Positions 37,621 through 49,834 of a DNA stretch of 64,000 nucleotides are shown piece by piece. The DNA comes from Podarcis vaucheri (Eukaryota). Both the position numbers and the translations under genes were made by a program. Where the stretch lies: NCBI GenBank assembly GCA_965113315.1, contig OZ220369.1; one strand, given 5' to 3'. The notes under the pieces were generated by a model that was given only the letters and a program-made list of their open reading frames with translations, was not told the DNA's origin and ran no database searches. The number at the start of each line of letters is the position of its first letter. The first letter of the stretch is position 1.

Positions 37621-38570
37621 GTCAGTACCGACTTTAATTGCTCAGTTGGAGGCACTTTTTCCTCAGGGCTTTCAGATGCTCCAGAGTCTAGAAGTGACTC
37701 TTGGCATGTTTGAGCTCTTCTGCATTCTGCACCTTCTTTTTGGGACTCTGAGTGGGTGATGATACTTAGCCTGTTTGGCAGCAGAGGCGAGTCTTTCTGT
37801 GGTCTACAGGCCCAAATTGAGTTTCTGGTGCTTGAGCCAAAGGCAGGCGGAACTCTGTGAGTCTGGTGCATGACCAAGGGTGTATCAGTGCCATATTTAG
37901 GGGGTCAGGTGGTTCCCCTGCACAGGGCATCAAGCCTAGGGGGTGCAAAATCGAGGTTCCATTTGGGAGCACCAAATTTTGGCCTTGTACAGAACACCAT
38001 ATTATGAAAGTTTAGCGAAGGTCGCCTCTGGGTGTATGTTGGGAGGGGAGCTTTTAGTGCATTCAGATCTCCATCATCTAACCGGGAACATATTTGTGTT
38101 TTCCCACACACAATGAAAAATGACCTGGAATGCCCTTCTTGCTCTCCTTCTCCCTCATGCCCCTTTCCAGCAGTCTTAATTGCAGCATGGTTGACATATT
38201 ACTAGGTGTTACATTCTGCCAGTTTGGTGCCATGCATTATAAAACGCTGTTGAATAAGCACCACACATTCATAGTGTGTGCATAAAGGCAGCAGAAGTAG
38301 GTGAGGCCTGAGCTTTGAGTGGGAAGAGAGAGGTTTGTGTGAAGGCAGAGCCAAGACAGAGGATAGCATGAAGGAGAGCATCTTGTTCTTCTGGTGAGAA
38401 AAGGAGAAGGTTGGGGTGCTCACCCTTGATCCATTTGAGAAGAGTCTGGTGAGAGGTCCCAACATGTCCAGATGAATAGCATATAGCTGTTGAATCCTTA
38501 AATAGCCCAGAGGATGTGTCTATGGCTGACAAGGGCTCTCATGGTCTCCTCTTTGTTTCTTTCTCCACAG

Positions 38571-41500
38571 AGACTTCAGAGGACTTAGGCAAAGGCCTGC
38601 TACTGCCTTCTGAGAACACAGGGGAGCGTGGGGCAGAACCAAAGCCTGCTCCGCCTGACCAGGCCTCTGCCAGGGATGATGCTGGATTTCTGTGCTGGAA
38701 GAAGGGCTGCAGCCAGGTGTTCAAAAGCTCCACTGCCCTGCAAGCGCATTTCAATGAGGTCCACACTAAGCGGCCCCAGTTGCCTGTCTCTGACCGTCAC
38801 GTTTACAAATACCGCTGCAACCAATGCAGCCTGGCCTTCAAAACAATCGAGAAGCTCCAGCTGCACTCCCAGTACCATGTCATCCGGGCAGCTACTATGT
38901 GTTGCCTTTGCCAACGCAGCTTCCGCACTTTTCAAGCCCTCAAGAAGCACCTGGAGACAAGTCACCTGGAACTGAGTGAAGCTGACATCCAGCAACTGTA
39001 CGGTGGGCTTCTGGTCAACGGGGACCTCCTGGCCATGGGTGACCCTTCTCTGGCTGAAGACCACACTGTCATAGTAGAGGAAGACAAAGAGGAGGAGAGT
39101 GACCTAGAGGACAAGCAAAGTCCCACAGGAAGTGACTCTGGGTCTGTACAGGAAGACTCTGGCTCAGAACCAAAACGAGCTCTCCCCTTCCGAAAGGGCC
39201 CAAACTTCACCATGGAGAAGTTCCTGGACCCATCCCGCCCATACAAGTGCACAGTTTGCAAAGAATCCTTCACACAGAAAAACATCCTTTTGGTCCACTA
39301 CAATTCAGTCTCTCACCTGCACAAGCTGAAACGAGCCCTCCAAGAGTCCACCTCTAGCCAGCCGGAGCCCACCAGCAGCCCCGACAACAAGCCCTTCAAG
39401 TGCAGCACTTGCAGCGTGGCCTATAGCCAGAGCTCCACCTTAGAGATCCACATGCGGTCTGTCCTACATCAGACCAAGGCACGAGCTGCCAAACTGGAGG
39501 CTGCAGGGGGTAGCAGTGGCAGCAGCAACAGCAATGGAGCTGCTGGTGGCAGTGGTGGCAGTAGCAGCAGCGTCTCTCTGGGCTCTTCCACACCCAGCCC
39601 CATCAGCACAACCACCACCACCTCCTTTGCCATGACAAACACAAGCACTGCCAGCACAGCTCCCGTCTCTAGTCTGCTCAGCCAGGTCTCTTGCGAGAGC
39701 ACTGGGATCCCTTCTCTCAGCAACCCCATCAGTACCAGCTCCACCCTGGCAGCTGCTGCAAGCCCCTCTGAGCCCAAAGAGGTGAACCGTAAGAAACTGG
39801 CTGACATGATTGCTTCACGGCAGCAGCAACAGCAACAGCAGCAGCAGCATCAAGCGCACACCTTGGCGCAGGCACAGGCGCAAGTACAGGCGCAGCTCCA
39901 GCAAGAGCTCCAGCAACAAGCTGCTCTCATCCAGTCACAGCTCTTCAACCCTGCTCTTCTGCCCCACTTTCCAATGACCACAGAGACCCTCCTCCAGCTC
40001 CAGCAGCAGCAGCACCTTCTCTTCCCCTTCTACATTCCCAGTGCCGAGTTCCAGCTGAACCCCGAAGTGAGTTTGCCTGTCACCAGCGGCACACTGACAT
40101 TGACTGGGACCGGACCTAGCCTTCTGGACGACTTGAAGGTGCAGCTCCCCCAGCCAGGCCACCCACCACTCCTGCAGCAGCCGCCACAGCAGCAGCTGCC
40201 TCAAGGTCAGCTGTCACAGCCGCCTCATTGTGTTCTCCTCCAGCAGAGCCAACACTCAGAGAAGAAGAGCAAGGCTTTTGGGAAGGAGAAGGAAGTCCAA
40301 AGGGAACAGGAGAGCTTTGAAAAGGGGGATGGCACCTCCATCTCTAAAGAGCACCTGCCTGACACCCTGAAGTCCAAAGACAAGCCAGAGTCAGCAGGGA
40401 CAGGATCGGGCCCTGCAGAACCTTCTATGTTTCCTCCTCGTATCGCATCAGATGCACGTGGGAATGCCACAAAAGCCTTGCTGGAAAACTTTGGTTTTGA
40501 GTTGGTCATTCAATACAATGAGAACAAGCAGAAGGTGCAGAAGAAGGCTGGGAAGACAGAGCAGGGTGACAACTTGGAAAAGTTGGAATGTGAGTCATGT
40601 GGGAAATTCTTCTCCAACGTCCTCATCCTGAAGAGCCACCAAGAACATGTCCACCAGCATTACTTCCCCTTCAAGCAGCTGGAAAAGTTTGCCAAGCAGT
40701 ACCGTGAACACTACGACAAGCTGTACCCACTGCGGCCTCAAACTCCAGAGCCGCCCCCTCCCCCGCCGCCCCCGCCCCCTCCACCTCTTCCTCCTCCTCT
40801 GCCTGCTCCACCTCCACAGCAGCCTTCTACACCTACCATTCCTGCTTCGGCTCCATCCATTACATCTCCCACCATTACACCAGCCCAGCCATCGCTGCCC
40901 CTCACTCAACTTTCCATGCCTATGGAGCTGCCCATCTTCTCTCCCCTGATGATGCAGACCATGCCTTTGCAAACCTTGCCTGCCCAGTTGCCGCCGCAGC
41001 TTGGCCCCGTGGATGCTTTGCCTGCAGACCTGGCCCAGCTGTACCAACACCAGCTCAACCCAGGCCTTCTGCAGCAGCAGCAGCAGAACAAGAGGCCACG
41101 CACGCGGATCACAGATGACCAACTCCGGGTCTTGAGGCAATATTTTGATATCAACAATTCCCCAAGCGAGGAGCAGATCAAGGAGATGGCAGACAAGTCT
41201 GGACTGCCACAGAAGGTGATCAAGCACTGGTTTCGGAACACACTCTTCAAAGAGCGCCAGCGCAACAAGGACTCCCCATACAACTTCAGCAATCCTCCAA
41301 TTACCAGCCTGGAGGACCTGAAGGTAGATTCTCGACCACCCTCTCCAGAGCCTCAAAAGCATGAGTACTGGGGAAGCAAGAGGTCTTCCAGGACTCGCTT
41401 TACTGACTACCAACTCCGAGTGCTGCAGGATTTCTTTGATGCCAATGCTTACCCCAAGGATGATGAATTTGAGCAGCTCTCGAATTTGCTCAACCTTCCA

Positions 41501-44078
41501 ACCCGTGTGATAGTGGTATGGTTTCAGAATGCTCGCCAGAAGGCCAGGAAAAACTATGAGAATCAGGGGGAAGGGAAGGATGGAGAGCGACGGGAGCTGA
41601 CAAATGACAGGTACATCCGGACAAGCAACTTGAATTACCAGTGCAAGAAGTGCAGCCTTGTCTTCCAGCGCATCTTTGACCTGATCAAACATCAGAAAAA
41701 GCTGTGCTACAAGGATGAGGATGAAGACGGGCAGGATGACAGTCAGAATGAGGATTCCATGGATGCAGCAGAGCTGCTGACCCCAACCAGTTCCTCCTGC
41801 AGCACCCCAATGCCTTCCCAGGCCTACAGCACCCCCACATCTTCTGCAAACACGGCCTGCTCTTCCTCAGCTTTCCTACCACAGCTCACTGCTGAAGCAG
41901 ACGATGACTTCTCCATCTATAGTTCTAAAGCAGAAGCTACAGATGAAAAACCAAAGCAACCTGAACCTCCAAGTACGCAGCAAAACCAAACTCCAGAGAA
42001 GCAAATGCAACCAAAGCAGGAGGTGCAGCAGCAGCAGGACCCAGGCGAGCCAAAGGCCAGTTCAGCACACCCAAAGGCCTCCCCACCCACCCCACAGCAA
42101 TCAGTCCAGCCTCCTCCACAGTCTGTGCTGCCACAGTCCAGTCCTAGCCCCTCACAACTCTCTCACCTACACCTCAAGCCCCTTCACACATCCACCCCTC
42201 AACAGCTGGCCAACATGCCTCCTCAGCTCATCCCCTACCAATGTGACCAGTGCAAACTGGCATTTCCCTCCTTTGAGCATTGGCAAGAGCATCAGCAGCT
42301 CCACTTCTTGAGTGCCCAGAACCAGTTTATCCACCCCCAGTTTCTGGACAGGACTTTGGATATGCCTTTCATGCTCTTTGACCCCAGCAACCCCCTCCTG
42401 GCCAGTCAGCTGCTGTCTGGGACGCTCCCCCAGCTGCCCATGAGCTCAGCCACTTCACCCTCCACACCAACATCCACCATGAGCACACTGAAGAGAAAGT
42501 TGGAGGAGAAAGCCAGTGCAAGTCCTGGCGAGAATGACAGCAGCACTGGCGGGGAGGAGCCCCAGAGGGACAAGCGTCTCCGAACAACCATCACCCCAGA
42601 ACAGCTGGAAATTCTCTACCAGAAATACTTACTTGATTCCAACCCTACCAGAAAGATGCTTGACCACATTGCTCATGAGGTAGGCTTGAAAAAACGTGTG
42701 GTGCAGGTTTGGTTCCAGAACACTCGGGCCCGGGAGCGGAAGGGGCAGTTCCGGGCAGTGGGGCCTGCCCAGGCCCACAGGCGGTGCCCTTTTTGCCGGG
42801 CCCTCTTCAAAGCCAAAACAGCCCTGGAAGCACACATCCGATCGCGGCACTGGCATGAAGCCAAGCGGGCAGGGTACAACTTGACCTTGTCAGCCATGCT
42901 TTTAGATTGTGATGGAGGGCTCCAGATGAAGGGAGACCTCTTTGATGGAGCAAGCTTTGCTCACCTGCCACTCACCAGCAGCGATAGCCAGGGCATTCCG
43001 CTCTCCCCAGTGAGCAAGTCTCTGGAGCTCTCTCCTCGAACTCTGCTGAGCCCCTCCTCCATTAAAGTAGAAGGGATAGAGGACTTTGAGAGCCCCTCTA
43101 TGTCCTCTGTCAATCTGAGCTTTGACCACACCAAGCTGGACAACGATGACTGCTCCTCTGTCAACACAGCCATCACAGACACCACCACGGGGGATGAAGG
43201 CAATGCAGACAATGACAGTGCCACGGGGATCACCACTGAAGCCAAATGCACCTCGGGGTCAGGTGAGGGCCTGACCAAGGCTGCCATGATAGCAATGTCA
43301 GAGTATGAAGACAGACTGTCTTCTGGCCTTGTCAGCCCAGCTCCCAGTTACTACAGCAAAGAGTATGACAATGAAGGTACTGTGGACTACAGTGAGACCT
43401 CCAGCCTGGCAGACCCTTGCTCACCCAGCCCTGGCACAAGTGGCTCAGCGGGCAAGTCTGGGGATAGCGGGGATCGGCCAGGACAGAAGCGCTTCCGGAC
43501 ACAAATGACGAACCTCCAGCTGAAGGTCCTAAAGTCCTGCTTTAATGACTACAGGACTCCAACCATGCTGGAATGTGAGGTCCTGGGCAACGATATTGGG
43601 CTGCCAAAGAGAGTTGTTCAGGTCTGGTTCCAGAATGCTCGGGCCAAGGAGAAGAAGGCCAAGCTCAGTATGGCCAAGCATTTTGGCATTAACCAAGCAA
43701 GTTACGAGGGACCCAAAACAGAGTGCACTTTGTGTGGTGTCAAGTACAGTGCCCGCTTGTCTGTACGTGACCATATCTTCTCTCAGCAGCACATTTCCAA
43801 AGTGAAGGACACCATCGGAAGCCAGCTGGACAAAGAGAAGGAGTACTTTGACCCAGCGACTGTCCGTCAGTTGATGGCGCAGCAGGAGCTGGACCGGATC
43901 AAGAAGGCCAATGAAGTTCTCGGCCTGGCTGCTCAGCAGCAAGGCATGTTTGACAGCCCCCCTCTGCAGGCTTTGAACCTTCCTGCCACCTACCCAGCAG
44001 CACTTCAGGGCATCCCTCCTGTCCTCTTGCCGGGCCTCAACAGCCCATCCTTGCCTGGCTTCACTCCCTCAAACACAG
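38571..44078 (+). CDS. ZFHX3: ZFHX3 giant coding exon (exon 9 equivalent), 5508 nt, phase 1-1: four homeodomains and multiple zinc fingers
   Basis: ORF 38516..44143; true acceptor ccacAG at 38569-70, donor ACAG|GTGAGT at 44079. Homeodomains start at ~41087 ([14 protein letters not shown]), ~41378 ([14 protein letters not shown]), ~42569 ([14 protein letters not shown]) and ~43484 ([14 protein letters not shown]); polyQ, polyP and C2H2 fingers typical of ZFHX3. Confidence 0.99.
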
Positions 44079-44869
44079 GTGAGTTTCCACTGCATTCCCC
44101 CCACCGCTTCTTTGGTACATGTCCTGGGGAGGAGGGATTTTGATGCACTGTGAGCCTCACAGGGTCCCTGGAGGAATTTCTGGGTTGCTACAAGCAAAAA
44201 TGGCCTTCCTCAGATCCACTTTCTGACTGACCTCGTGCACAAGTGCTCAGCATGCAATGACAAGGTTCTTGTTTCAGGTGGATGGTTCTTGGTTGCTTGA
44301 GAACCAGTCACCACTGTTATCAGGGGTCGAGGAAGCAATATAGGCTCATTCCTCCCTCCAAGCCAAGTCCCAAGGCCAATTCTATTTTGTTTTTGTTTTT
44401 ATTCTTATTCTGCTCTTGGACCCTGCTGGTAGCCCAGAACTCTGACAACATAACGTAAGCATTAACAATAAAGTTTATAGTTAAACCCAACAGCAAGAAA
44501 TACAATTCACAACACCAATTTGATTAAGTTCAAAATGTCATTTAATCGTCTGGAGGCCGCTCCTCATGCAGCAACTACAGAGAGGACAAAAAGGGCTAGA
44601 GCTTCCAGTTAACAGAAAAAAATGGCACACGGCCTTCCTGTGACAACCCTTCATGTCCCTCCTGCAGAGCAAGAACTGGCCTCCAGCAGGTGGCTTCTCA
44701 GTCCTTGGCTCCATGCCTTGAGCACCTTGACCCTTGCTCATTTGATGGCTTTCATGCAGGCATTTCCAAGGCCCCTGTTTGGCCTCTCCTGTTTAGTGGG
44801 TGCTTCTCTTACCACAGTGGAATGTTAATCATCATGATTTCTCACAACCAACTTTTCTGCAACCTGAAT

Positions 44870-45420
44870 TTGTTTGTTCATTTTCTAAACTACTTTACAT
44901 CACATTTGCTCCCAGTGTGGTTTACAAATAGAATGCCTGAGCGTTAAAAGTATGAAATATAATACAAAATTGAAATCCCAGCACTATCATACAGCAGATG
45001 GGCATCATGCAGTTTCAGCTGGTCCATACTGAACCACCCCCAAGGCCTGAATGAAGAAGTTACATCTTCAGCTGGTGCTGATGAACCAGATAGGGCCTCA
45101 GGGGGAAGGGGACTCCATAGCCAGGGTGCCACTGCAGAGAAGTCCTACCACGAATCACTGAATCGTGGGCTGCTTAGCAACAGGACTGCCAACAGGGCCT
45201 CCCTTGCAGGCTGGTATAAGGACAGATGCTCCTTCTAGCATTGAAGTCTCAATTCATTTAGAGCTTTATAAATTAACTTGGACACCTTGAATTGGGCTTT
45301 GTAACCTACAGGTGACTAGCGCAGATCCTTGCAGAACTGATGCTCTGTAGTTGCAATTAATTCTACCACTTAACACTGAAGTGCCACTTTTTGCACTACA
45401 GGGGCATTTCAGACTTTCAG
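44870..45420 (-). mobile_element. Degenerate L2 3' remnant
   Basis: Minus APWLWSPLPPE motif and ccttgaattgggc / ccagggtgccac motifs shared with other L2 remnants. Confidence 0.5.
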
Positions 45421-45839
45421 GGTCTGCCTGGGACTCTCCCATCAGAAGGCAGACAAAGGGGATTGTTTTTGTGAAAGCACCTCAACGTTGAATTCTCTTC
45501 TTGCAAAGCTAGCGTGCCAGAGGGAAGGCTGTGCTGGAATTCAGCTTCCTGGTGTGCTGGACTGCATATAAAGCTGCTTTGTGCACTCAGGCCATTGGTC
45601 CCTCTATTCCCCTGCTTTTATCTCTGGCTGCTATGTCAAAAGCAGACATAGAGGCCTTTCCCAGACATATTAGCTGAGATCACCACCAACTTGGATGGCT
45701 TTAAAAAGAGAATTAGACACATTAATACAGGAGGAGGATAAAGTTATCAATGAACACTACCCTACCAACCAACCAACCTTCCTGAGGAGCTCTCTTGGGA
45801 GTCCCTCAGAATTGCTGGACACACCCACCCACACCCTAA

Positions 45840-45842
<3 letters not shown>

Positions 45843-45885
<43 letters not shown>
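45843..45885. repeat. (TG)n microsatellite at the L1 breakpoint
   Basis: Direct read. Confidence 0.95.
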
Positions 45886-45888
<3 letters not shown>

Positions 45889-46298
45889 ATAAATTTTAGC
45901 CTTCCCATGCCATAGGCAGGCATGCCACCCAAATTGTATACCATGTCCTTCCAAATTTAAACCTCTGATATATTCCAACAGTATCCAATCTTTTATCCAC
46001 CATAAACATGATGCCTCAGAGTAGATTTGGAAGTCTGGTAGAACGAAGCCTCCGCTTCCGTTCATAGCAATCATGACTTTGTGTTTTATTCTGGGCTTTC
46101 TTCCCTGCCAGATAAACCTTGATATATTTTTCTGCCACTCTTTGAAGCATCTAGGGTTGTTAATTATTGTGATATTTTGAAATAAGAATAGCATTTTAGA
46201 AAGGACATTCATTTTAATAGCCAAAATCCTGCCAGTAACGATATTTTCATTCTTTTCCATATTTCCAAATTTCTCTTTATTTCCAAACCCTTACATAG

Positions 46299-46733
46299 TG
46301 TAGTGGTTCTAGGGGTTGCTCGTGCGTAAGCCGGTGCAAACACCTGACTGGGTTGCCTGAGTGAACCTTTTCTGTCCGGACAGCCACTCACCCGTGGCTC
46401 TCTCAATCGCTGGCAGAATCCGTCAGTGGGCATTTCTTAAACTTCTTCCAGCAAAGAAGCTCTTTGACGCCTAGTCTCCTCCTACTCTCTCTGCGCGAAA
46501 GCCTTCTGCGCAAGGAGGGCATAGGCAGCAGAGGACCCCTACTCTCCCCTCTGGTCCCCGGCAAGGAGTCATGGGACCGCCTCGCCGCTTCCCCCATCTG
46601 CCCCCCTTCTCCACTGGTGCTACGCTGATTCTCTTCCCCAGAAGATGGGCTGCCTCTCCCAATCCCGGGACGCTCTCTGGAATCCCTCTGGATCTTGCTC
46701 TCTCCCTCCGGCACTGATGGCAGTTTCCTGACA
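46299..46733 (-). mobile_element. Solo LTR, 435 bp
   Basis: TG...CA termini (TGTAG / TGACA on +) with exact 5-bp TSD CATAG (46294-98, 46734-38); CpG-rich; interrupts L1 ORF2. Strand inferred. Confidence 0.9.
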
Positions 46734-46753
46734 CATAGTTATCTTGGTAAATA

Positions 46754-47005
46754 CAGTGGTGCCTCGCAAGACGAAAATAATTAGTTCCGCGAGTCTTTTC
46801 GTCTTGCGATGTTTTTGTCTTGCGAAGCACGGTCCGTCGCAACTGCGCCTCTTCAAGCGGCTTTAAAAAAAAAGCACAAGACGTTTTCGTCTTGCAAAGC
46901 AAGCCCATAGGGAAATTCGTTTAGCGAAGCAACGCAAAACCGAAAAATCCTTTCGTCTAGCGAGTTTTTCGTCTTGCGAGGCATTCGTCTTGCGGGGCAC
47001 CACTG
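46754..47005. mobile_element. Tc1/mariner-pogo MITE, 252 bp, same family as 10076-10418
   Basis: Same TIRs and TA TSDs; shares the ggaaattcg..gaggcattcgtcttgcggggcaccactg right end. Confidence 0.93.
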
Positions 47006-48666
47006 TATTATAGTTGCTCGTTGTTAACCAGATCTCCAGTTTTTTTTTTTTTAATTCTCTACTTTTCACCCATACATGATTTCTAGATCGTTTTTTGCTT
47101 GGTTGTCCATATTTTTAACCATCGTCTTGGTTTTTCCTTTATTTAATTTGAAACCAGCTAGTTTTCCAAATCTGTCTCTCTCATCTATCACTTCTGGTAT
47201 GCTCTCACTCAGATGTTGTAAAGTTAATACTAAGTCATCTGCAAATACTTTTAATTTATAGTTTTGCTGTCCTACTTTTATTCCTTGTATTCTATCATTT
47301 TTCCTTATATTTTACGCCAAAACTTCTAATATTAATATGAATAACAGTGGAGACAATGAGCAGCCCTGCCTCATCCCTTTGTGTATCTTACATTTTTCTG
47401 AAATATTATTATTTACTATAATATTTGCTGTTTAGTCTTTATAGATTGATTTTATACCCTTTAGAAAGGTTTTGCCAAATCCCATCTTTTTCTGTAACTT
47501 TGTCATAAATAGCCAGGAGACATTATTGAAAGCCTGCTTTTCATTATGGATTTCTCAGTATTCCAAAACATTTATAATGTTCCTAACATTTTCTTTCATT
47601 TGTCTCCCAGGAAGAAAACCCGTCTGGTCTTCATGTATCAAATTTCTTAGAGTCATTTTAAATCTATTTACCAATATCAATGTAAAATGTTTGTAATCAT
47701 TATTTAATAATTATATCGGTCTATAATCTTTAGGTTCCATTAGGTCTTTACCATATTTTGGTATCAGAGTTATATATGCTTCTTTCCAGGACTATGGTAT
47801 CCTTCCTGTCTCCGGTACCTTATTCATAATAAGCGTTAGCTCCTCTTGAAATTTATTATATCCTGCCGACAGACCATCTGGCCCTGGGGATTTTCCTGTC
47901 TTAATTTGGCTTAGTACCCTTTGCATTTCCATCACTGATATTGGAGTATTTAAAATCTTTGCATTTTCTTCTGATATTTTGTCCAGTTTACATTCTTCCA
48001 AATACTTCTCAATCAGTTCTGAGCTTTCTTGTTCTTTCTTATAAAGATCTACATAGAATTTAACAAATTCGTGTCAGCTCTTTTTGATTGGTTGGGGGGG
48101 GGCTCCATTTTTTTAGCAGACCATTGATTATCCTTTTTTCTTTTTCTTTCTTCAGTTGCCAAGCTAATAACTTTCCTGGTTTATTTGCCAATTAAAATCT
48201 TTTTTGTTTTATCACTTTAATTTTCATTTCTGTAATTAATTAGCATAGAGTGTTGTGCTAATATTTTAATTCTTCGTAATAGCTCTTTCTTACCTTTTTT
48301 TTTTACTAAGCTCTTTCTCTTTCTTTGTTAGTTCCTTTAATACCTCTTGGATCTTTGCCTCTCTTACTCCTTTTTGATGTGCTTTTTGTTGGATCATGTA
48401 TCCCCTCATGACCGTCTTACCTGCATCCCACATCACATTCGCATCTACCCCTTTATTAAGATTGAATTCAAAATATTCTTTTAGAATCTTTTCCCCTTTG
48501 GTTACAATTTCTGAATTGTTTAATAATTCCTCATTTATTCTCCACCTGTAACCATTTTGTTTCTCCCTTAAAATCTTTACTGATATCAAATTGTGGTCTG
48601 AGATCATTCTTGGGTGTATCTCCACCTTTTTCACCCTCATCCCCAAATCTTTGGAGACCCACACTA

Positions 48667-48762
48667 CAGTGGTACCTCAGGTTAAGATCTTAATTTGTTC
48701 TGGAGGTCTGTTCTTAACCTGAAACTGTTCTTAACCCGAGGCACCACTTTAGCTAATGGGGC

Positions 48763-48808
<46 letters not shown>

Positions 48809-48918
48809 ACCGCCGCGATGCGATTTCTGTTCTCATTCTGAAGCAATAGTACCTGAGGTACTATTTTTGGGTTAGCGGAGTCTGTAACCTGAAGCATCTG
48901 TAACCCAAGGTACCACTG
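48667..48918. mobile_element. Tc1/mariner-pogo (Tigger-like) MITE, 252 bp, with internal (CTG)14
   Basis: TIR CAGTGGTACCTcaGGTTA / TAACCcaAGGTACCACTG, TA TSD; removal restores L1 EN motif SRTD-I-VWVSK. Confidence 0.92.
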
Positions 48919-49834
48919 TATATCTGTTCTACTTGATGAATTTTGAGAACTTGAATGAAATGTGTACTTGTGTTCTGCTGGATGTTTAAATCTCCATAAG
49001 TCTATTAGGTCCATGTTTTTTATCACATCAAAAACGGAATTTGGCAGTTTCCCTTCCTTGGATCTTGTTTCCCGATTTGACCTATCATATTCCAGAGATG
49101 TGACCCCATTCAGGTCCCCCATTATTATTATTTTTCCATCATATAATTCAAATAGACTTTCCTCTGGTTTTTTTAAAAAATATATATAGAAGATTCATTT
49201 CTGTTCGTTTGGGGCCTATATTTACACAATTATCCAACTTTTCCCTTCCACTTGACCTCCACCACTATTATTCTACCTTCTTCATCTTCATACCACTGTT
49301 TAGGCTCCAACTTTGGACAACTCCTAAATGGTGGGACTCTGTCTCCTGCAGAGGAGCATCTTCATTGCACAGCTTTTGCCATAAGGTGAAGATGTACCTT
49401 TTTCACCCTAGGTAAAAGTATGTTGTTCTGTGGGACCCACCTCATTTACTGAATTTACCGGTATATTGCTCTCTTCAATTTGGAACAGTTTTATATGGTC
49501 TGTCATTGTAATGGCTTTATCTGCTTTTATAAGGATAATAGAAATAGATGGCCTTTGGCCTGATCCAGCAGGCTTTCCTTACATTCTTTAACAGGAACTG
49601 CCTGTGGGACCCTCTGCTTTGCCAATGAGCAATGGCCCTTCCCCTAGTTTTACACATGGGGCCCCTTAAACCGAGAGAGCCTTTTGAAGAGGTCTGGATA
49701 GCTCTGGACAGTTGGCATTTGGCAATTTGTAGCAGGATAGGTACATCTGCTTCTAGTCATGGCTGCTGCAGATGCTCTCTTCCTTCTTCCCCGAACTTGC
49801 CCAGTGTTCTAGTGGGCCCACCCCTCCCATCATC

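Larger units (their letters stand above)
45886..49215 (-). mobile_element. Decayed L1-clade LINE ORF2 fragment (endonuclease to RT), host of three nested insertions
   Basis: Minus ORFs: MGDLNG, DLWRFKHP, ISDHNLI (APE domain), GKSPGPDG, FADDL region (gtcatctgcaaa on +), GRILAIKMNVL..LFLFQ. Confidence 0.9.

Noticed and set aside
38516-38570. ORF-track start 'MSMADKG...' of the 1875-aa ORF and its tail to 44143
   Set aside because: Intronic read-through beyond the real acceptor (38570) and donor (44079); this is an internal exon, not a single-exon gene.
40595-41692. 365-aa antisense ORF (and other antisense ORFs over exons 9-10)
   Set aside because: Shadow ORFs of a GC3-rich, Q/P-rich coding strand; no domain-like content or splice/promoter support.
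48682-49122. L1 endonuclease ORF ending in polyQ
   Set aside because: Artefact of reading from L1 into the inserted MITE's CTG repeat.
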